A stretch of 56,730 nucleotides of DNA, the filler included, from Sphacelaria rigidula (taxonomy: Eukaryota), in assembly GCA_964200075.2 (NCBI GenBank). It is 7 parts of 7 records of this genome, joined end to end, with 100 filler letters (N's around TTAATTAATTAA, not from the genome) between each part and the next. Parts side by side here need not be neighbours in the genome. Positions count along the whole stretch, not along the records: positions 48,713 to 56,730 come from CAXNAA020012617.1; 6 more parts are not named here. One strand, given 5' to 3'. Below the pieces are notes generated by a model. That model was given only the letters and a program-made list of their open reading frames with translations. It was not told the origin of the DNA and searched no databases. Shown one piece after another: positions 49,657 to 56,730 of the stretch (position 1 is its first letter; each line of letters opens with the position of its first letter). The position numbers and the translations under genes are program-made.

Positions 49657-52600
49657 GTCACCACTGAGTTCCAGGACGGCGACGGTTTGATCGCTTTTAC
49701 CACGGGTGCTGCTCGTCGCAAGCTGCGTTCGGAAACCCGCAAACTACAGGAGGAGCCTATCACCGTAAGTGCGCTGGGAGTGCAATTATCTGACGTGTAA
49801 ATAGCTGATCACCAAAACTGAGGATGGAGCTTCACTTGAGGATGGAGCTTTCATTGAGGATGATACCCCGGGATATGAAAATCCTTGTTTCCACACCAAT
49901 CTTGGGAATATGGTTGCATTCCGTCAGCTCCTGGTAGCTAGTGACACCCACTACGCGCCATGAAAATTTGGATGCCGATAACAAGAATGTTGGGGTCCTA
50001 GGTGAAGAACACGTCTGTGGAATCGGGGTGATGATCAAAACGGATCGCCCCATTTCCCCAGAATCGTTTCTTCACCTATGACCCCAACATTTCCGTGGTC
50101 AAAATCCAAACTTGTAGGGCGCGTAATAGTTGTCAAAAGCTACCAGGAGGTGAAGGAGTGCAACCATACTTCGAATAATTGTCGTGGACATGAATATAAA
50201 TATTTGTTTTTCGGGTTATTATTCTAAGTGGAAAGCTCCATCCTCATTTTCGATGATCGGCCGCTGCTTGTGCAGTTCTAAAGAGCACCTCTTCGCCCCC
50301 GCCCGCTTCTCGGTCTCAGAATAAGCATGCTATGGGCATGCTACGTGTTTTAGTGAAGCAGTTAATTTGGTGCAACCTAATTTTTTCCTATGATGATTCG
50401 CTGCAAAGACGGTAGAATCGCGAAATGTGTTCGGCTTTCAAAACACCCGTTTGATTTCCCAATGTTCCCCTGCTGCCATTCGTGCTGAACTTCCATTACA
50501 CTACAACGAACGCCGGAAATTGGAGCAGTTGGCCGCGATGTTCCTGTACACCGATGACGCGAGGGCTCAGTTGGGAGATGTCAGCCCTCTTCACATGGCT
50601 TCTGCCATCATGGGCAGCGTACTTTCAAACAACGCGGCATTTGAAAACTCGGAAATCCCGCTTTTGGTTCTTCCCTCCTACATTGGTGTGGTGAGCCTTC
50701 GAATGAAGTGCACGCTTGAACGACTTTCGGGGTGATGGCGGCGACGCAAGGGGAGAACGCACGTAGACCTTCGGGTTCCTTTTCGTGATCAATTACATCC
50801 ATCATATGGGCTTACCACGCGAGTCCCGATTCGGAAACGCATCCTGTACACTTTGATAAATATGACTCGTCGATATCTACAGTGTACGCCTACTATATAC
50901 ATGTCTGTACGAATACATGGATTTTGTTCAAGCTCAGCTGTCGCAGCAAATCGTCTGAGCTCCGGAGGGGAAGAAGCAACTGTCAGCATTCTCGAGAAGC
51001 GATACCCACTACCTGCAGCGCCAGGAATGGCTCACGTGTTTCCTTCGTGTCCGCTATATATATATACATATATATGTAAGACATTTACGTCTGCATACGT
51101 ACATCCTGCCAGACACGGTTTGAACTCGGGTTGCTTGCGCTTATTCAGCCTCGGCACCGTCGGTTCCTACCGCGTATTGTATATGTATCTATACACATGT
51201 GTGCATAGAGCTCTCTATATACATGTTCATGTAATTAAAACCTTTTCCCTCGCCATGGCGCCCTGCTCGTCTACTTCCGGCACCCGCTACAGGCACCCAT
51301 CACTGAAAATCCGGGCAATGCCATCGAATCGATAGACATCCTTCAGTTGAACCAAGATGTCCGCGCGCTTCGCGATACGTACGAAGCGGACTTGGTGCAA
51401 CTTGTTGCAGGCTTCACCGGCTGCGGCGCTGCGTGAGTGCAGAAATTGGTTAATCAATGACGCAGCTTGACACGTATGCAGAGTTGAAAGGTGGTGGAGC
51501 ATAATTTCAGAGTTTCGAAAAAAATGTACTAAGCAATAACTATGGTGATAGATATCTCCATGTCCCAAAACACTCAGCGTGTGCCCTCGATAACATATTA
51601 TTGAAGAGTCTACATGCTTACCGAATACAGTTTGACGACATAAAAAAGAGCGTCCATTTCTCTCTGTTGTCCCAAGTAGTGCTGCTCTGAAGGATGGTGG
51701 TGGTATTAATCCCAGGCAGAGACGATTGTGGCCATATTTCGTCACTGGAGTTCGTGGACGAAGGCGAATATTCGCAACAACGTGGCTGAGATGCTGAAAG
51801 GACAGTGGTCCCTACATGGCATCGCTTGACCCAATTTTCGCAGCCCGCTGCATTTGCCGACCAGCAAGTGCTTGATGACACAGCTGCCGTAGTCCAAACC
51901 CTCCCAGCCTCCCTCTTTCCGAATGTCTGGATCTTTGTTGCTTTAATACCAAGTTGTCAAATATCCGTTGCACTTTCGGCCATTAGACAGACGTGTCGCG
52001 CTGCCTCACCCTCCCCTCACCTGATCCTTTCAGGTTTCCGTACAACGGAGAGGCTGCCAACGGATTTTCCGCCGTGAGCCCGTCGTGCTTCGAGGGTTTG
52101 TGGCAATCATGGATGTTCGCCGTCAACCTTGGCTGCTTCGAATCCGACGGCTACCGGTCTTGCGACTCTGCAGCGCCGTGAGTTTATGTGTGGTAGTCTA
52201 GAAACTTTGCTTCTTCTGACGCACATACGTTCGCCATGCGATGTACAAGGCGCTGGGAGGTCGCTGCAGTAGACATCGGGAGGGTTTGAACAGATAACAT
52301 TCAATATGGCCTTGCTTTGAATTTTACCCACACACTGCAATGTAATGAATGGGAGGGCCGCGTGCTTAGTTGGGGGACGGCGTCGTTGTTCAAAACACCT
52401 TAGGATCGACATTTTTTTATACCAGTCGGGCCAGTCCCTGCAGGGACCACGCCCCGGACCCTACCCCCAACACTAAGACCCTAACCATAACCCCAACCCC
52501 AACCATAGCAATGTTCAGATTCGGAAGTGGTCCTCTAAGCACGCGGTCCTCCCACGCATTACAGTAAAACCTGCACTGGAGGATTCAAGCTAGTAGATAT

Positions 52601-55600
52601 TGGAAGGCTGAGCTTCACCGAAGCGTAGCTCCCCAATATACAGGGCCAATTTTGGCGCGGGTGGTTGTGAGCTACCCCTGCAAAACTGCACCCGGGGTTT
52701 CGTAAACGAGGAAGTTCCGGCCGAGAGATAATGTCACTGTGTTTCAATTTGACTGTCGCAAACCAACAAGAGGAAAACCGCTGTTTTCAACAACGGTGAG
52801 GCACGTAGCATCCTATCCACTGCAGCTTCGCAATTGATTGGCGACTGCTGTCACAGCAACATGGTTTCAGTGGAGGATGGTCCTTGCTGTAATGTGAGGG
52901 AGGACCACGTGCTTGAGGGACCGCGTCGTAGTTCAGAACACGTCAGGATCGACTTTTCTCAAAACCAATCGGGCTGGTCCCTGCAGGGATCACGCCCCTG
53001 ACCCTACCCCCAACACCAAAACCCTCGCTATACCAGTATATTCCGATCGAAGATTACAGCAGTCTGATGAACCCACGTTCATTCCCGGCCGTTTCTCACT
53101 TTCCTCCGGCTGACTCATTCGATTGGTTGTAATACATGAACCAGGTTCAGCACAATCATGGGCTTGTACTGCCCGGATCTAGGGTCGAGCGGGAGGATCA
53201 ACCACTTCGCCAACCCTAATGTGCTCTTTGAGGGCGAGCCGACCGGCACTACGACTCAAAACTGCGCGCAGATCATCATCGACAACATGGTGTGTGAAAT
53301 TTCGTTTTTGCCGGCGGCGAAATCACATCAGTTTCTCATCTGTACTTAACATCAGCACAGTCTTGAGAGTATCGGCTCGCGTTGCTACTCTTTCGCATTC
53401 CGCGGTATCATCGAGCGTATATATCAATTACACTTTTTTCACGGATGCGAAATCTGTTTTACCCCGTCGGTAATCTACGGGCGTTGCGCAAACAAAGGTA
53501 GATTCTCATAGCATCACACGAAGCGATTTACGGACAGTTTTCGTCACCAATAAATATATCTCGCCCGCCGCCGCAGAGGATGGTCCCGCAGGGCAGCCAG
53601 ACTGAAACACAATAGCTCCGGTATTGTGTTGCTTGAGCGACGCTCGACGTTTCCAGGGGGCAGAGGGATATGGGGGGCGGTTCCACATCTGCGGTACGTA
53701 CTTTCGTTGTAACAGGTGGCCCTCCCCCGAGATCCGACTACCTCATTTGCACTTTGCTACACCCCGTGTTGAGGCATGCTGTCTGTTTCTCCCCCGTATT
53801 TGCAGAATTGTTTTGAGTACGTACCTAGCATCCCCGGGCAAAGCTTACCCTTGCCTTCAATCTACCCCGTGAAACGTCTAGAATGCCAGCAGGCTTCAAA
53901 AAGCCCACCTCACTCGTCTGTTTCGTCGCCCAAACGTGTGTCCGAAATTCAACACAGGCTACCATCGAGACGTTTCAGCCTATCGTGGATGAGGAAATCT
54001 ACACTTCGGAGGGATGCTTTGCTGACAGACGCCGCAACCGTGTGCTACCTGAAGCATCCTTCGCTGATAGCGCCATGACCACAGATGTGCGTAGCAATAA
54101 TCCCTGTCACAAACGCAAAATATGTCGGCGAGTAACACTCGGGGACCCCCAATGAATTCGGCACTTCTAAATGGGGTGCTGGCATTACCGCCCGGTCTTC
54201 GTTGGTTCGGGTGAAGTTCAGTTGTAGATGAAGAAGCGCAAGGCCTCGATTACCTTGTTTCCACTATCGTCTCTCATTCTCGCCCATCGCTTCACCGTTT
54301 CCGCTCCGTTTCAGGTTTGCGCCAGCTTCTGCAGTGGATATGCCTATTTCGGAACGGAGTTCGGCGTTGAGGTGCGTTCCACCAGTGTGAAGTTTGTCGG
54401 GAAAGCGCAGTCGGGCCACTAGCCTATAATAATGCACCTTATCGGGAATCTTAAGAAGACAATAGCTAGAGTAGCTCGGTACTTTTAGGGCAATATATTT
54501 AAAATCAAAGATTGGCTTAGTGAGTGATGCTACGGTAGAGAGGCAAAAATATCTTCTGAGCTTAGAATTGTTAGGAGCCCTTTGTCTCATCCAAGACACG
54601 AGTTATGAAACATATGAGAGGACGCCAGGGCTACTATTCCAATGTGCTAGGAATACCCCGAGCAAATTTGCAAACGGGGACACCCTGACCCATATTCTTG
54701 TGCATGTAGGGTCGTTGGGAGCCCCTGAACTATACAGGATTTTGCGCAAAAAGTGCACCCCTACCGTAGCATTGCCCTATTCCTTTCGAATTGGGTAGAT
54801 ACATATACCACGAGCCGCCGCCCCGGTGGTCTGATGGAACATCTGAAACTATTACGTCGGAAACACGCGGGTCCGGATCCCGCCATATACGTTTAGTATC
54901 TGGTTCCCGGAGTTGAGAGCATGAGCACGCGATCGCGAGTAGCAACAGCCGTTCGTTCTGTTGAGTTTGTCTGAGGAAAGTAGGTTTCTACTTCTTATTA
55001 TGCTAGCACGGTTTTGAAAACAATGTATCTTGAAAATGATGATGGGCACTTTTTTGTGAAACGTGCTAGCATAATAAGTAGAGGCCTAGAGAGAGGAAAG
55101 CCGACGCGTATTGGAGTGCTGGTTCAATCCGTGATACCAGAATGCATGGCGGGTACCGGGAGAGAGATGGGTTGATCCTTGGAGACGACAGACTAGTCCG
55201 GGAAGGGGATGGGTAAGAGGTGTGACGAAAACAACAACAAAAATGATCAATAAACGGTTCCTTCTCGTCAAGTTTAGGTCTTCCCGTGCACCGAGCTACT
55301 GTATATCGCTCCACCCCAGCTACGGGAGGTGAAACGCTGAAATGGGCTGACACCATCGTTCTTGTTGGAGCTTTTCGTACTGGTCCGCGTCTACCTCACC
55401 ACTCCTCCGCCCCGATTCGAACATGTCGATCGTGTCTGCAATCGCTATTTTGCAGTGTTTCTGTGGTTCGGAGCTCCCATCCACACCGAGTGACGCGTGT
55501 ACTTCCCCATGCGGTGGAGCACCGGAGGAAATTTGTGGTGGAAGAAATGCAGTCAGCGTTTACTCCTTCAACACGGATTCTAATGTCCTCGGATGCGTCG

Positions 55601-56341
55601 CCGACACGTTCGCAGACCGCATTTTCGAGCCGGTTCTTTTCGACGATAGCATGACCACTGAGGTAAGGCAGACCGCTGGACTCTACACAACAGCGCTCTT
55701 TGCTTCTTGTGACACACATAGGATCGGTTTTCTCGTTTGTGGTGGAAGCCATACTATACCTGGTGTTTTCAAGAATATATATTGTCAAAAAACGTTTATC
55801 CTCAGGTTATTGAGAAAAACCTATTTACTCGCCTCAGGAGTGACCCCAGTCGTGGCAAACAGTATCTTCAGTCCTCCAGAATCAAAGATTTCCTTTCGGC
55901 CCACATTTCTGTGATTTTTAGCGCGTCGACCGAGTCTTCAGGCGTTGTTTATTTTTGGTGGGAGGGACGTGGTGTTGACAATGAGTGAAGTCGTTTCTGC
56001 GCGAAGTATTGCCAGTGTGCGTACGAGTTCGCAAGACGTGTGATAGTAGGCTACACGTGGATGCACAAAACGTGCAGGATCTCACGTGTGCGAGATCGCA
56101 TCATCCATGCGAATACCGCACACTTGAAACGAGCAGGTGGTTTAGTTTCCAGGTGTAAGGATTGATCCTGAAGATGCGCCGTGCCTCGCACACATCTTGC
56201 TCCGTAAAGACACATCAGTCAGCTCATCGGCCCCCTTCCACACTCCTCTACCCCTACCTTTCCGTCCGCTATGCTCGCCTTCAGCTGTGCGCCGAGACCT
56301 GCACAGGGTTTACCTACTACGGAACTCAGTTTGGAAAAGAG
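49657..56341 (+). CDS. Peptidyl-Asp-metallopeptidase(M72)/reprolysin-like domain plus tandem WSC domains, lacking the zinc-binding motif; partial; exons 49657-49764, 50529-50690, 51293-51432, 52034-52177, 53145-53289, 53958-54086, 54315-54371, 55456-55662, 56285-56341
   Basis: 383 stop-free spliced codons. Metzincin-like scaffold: MFLYTDDA...NAAFENSEI, VRALRDTYEADLVQLV..CGAA, NLGC, Met-turn FSTIMG, RINHFANPNV..G.PTG..NCA. WSC repeats: GCFAD...R.L...MTTDVCASFCSGYAYFGTEFGVECFCG...CTSPCGG..EICGG...SVY, and a second GCVAD...MTTELCAETCTGFTYYGTQFGKE. Confidence 0.88.
49800..50265. mobile_element. Fold-back MITE, family B body with AACAGCCGATC-type ends, intronic
   Basis: Palindromic arms (tgaggatggagctt ... 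aagctccatcctca); core homologous to 36704-37145. Confidence 0.75.
52341..52563 (+). mobile_element. Small TIR element with degenerate (CCCTAA)n, intronic; truncated copy at 52888-53030
   Basis: TGTAATGAATGGGAGGGCCGCGTGCTTAG ... CTAAGCACGCGGTCCTCCCACGCATTACA. Confidence 0.75.
55100..55245 (+). mobile_element. 5'-truncated SINE (3' body plus AAC tail), intronic
   Basis: gtaccgggagagagatgggttgatccttggagac...gggaagggga followed by aaaacaacaacaaaaa. Confidence 0.65.
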
Positions 56342-56730
56342 GCAAGTGCATACAGACCGGGTGACGTCAAGGCTATCGTCATCTAATATCCAAAGTGAAA
56401 CGCTGTTCCACCGAGCTCTTAGTAGGATGTTTTACGACGAGGCATGCATGTAAACACGGCGCTTGCTTCGGATGGTAGTGCTACCAACCTACCAGGTTAA
56501 CCTCGTCATCGATGCAAACATACCAAGTTGCTCAACGATGGCGGTGGTTCCTAGCCGACTGGAACTCAGAATAAAGGAAAGCACGCGTCAATTTACTTCA
56601 TACGCAATAGCATTTCTTCCGCGTCCTAGGTGGTTCGTGAATTGAATATATACGATCATGTTGCTCCCATAGTGCTTCCCCTGTGCAATGCCAGTACGCT
56701 GAAGGTTCGTTCCCGAAAGCATTTGCGATC

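Noticed and set aside
42891..56341. Carboxypeptidase and WSC-protease as one gene or a functional cluster; also the 20971 exon as the CCP N-terminus
   Set aside because: They are on different contigs separated by artificial spacers, so there is no evidence of linkage.

Overview
Eukaryotic, intron-rich and transposon-rich DNA, most likely from a brown alga (Phaeophyceae). That assignment is inferred from the WSC/metzincin gene type, the intron style and the TTAGGG repeats. The window is not one locus. It is seven size-sorted contigs (1-8019, 8120-16138, 16239-24257, 24358-32376, 32477-40494, 40595-48612, 48713-56730; 8019 or 8018 bp each) joined by artificial 100-nt spacers (N44-TTAATTAATTAA-N44). 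Four partial host genes can be reconstructed from splice sites: a fimbrin/plastin-type calponin-homology gene (minus strand, contig 2); an unknown gene with a 1.5-kb low-complexity exon (contig 3); a cytosolic carboxypeptidase of the M14D Nna1/CCP family (5 exons, contig 6); and a 9-exon peptidyl-Asp-metallopeptidase/reprolysin-like plus tandem-WSC gene whose zinc-binding motif is completely lost, making it a candidate pseudo-protease (contig 7). The rest is decayed Ty3/Gypsy (with chromodomain), Copia and LINE-like sequence, a tRNA-derived SINE family, a PIF/Harbinger-type non-autonomous element, long fold-back MITEs with AACA...TGTT ends, and a small TIR element carrying telomere-like repeats, with several nested insertions. 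No CRISPR array, rRNA or intact tRNA gene was seen.
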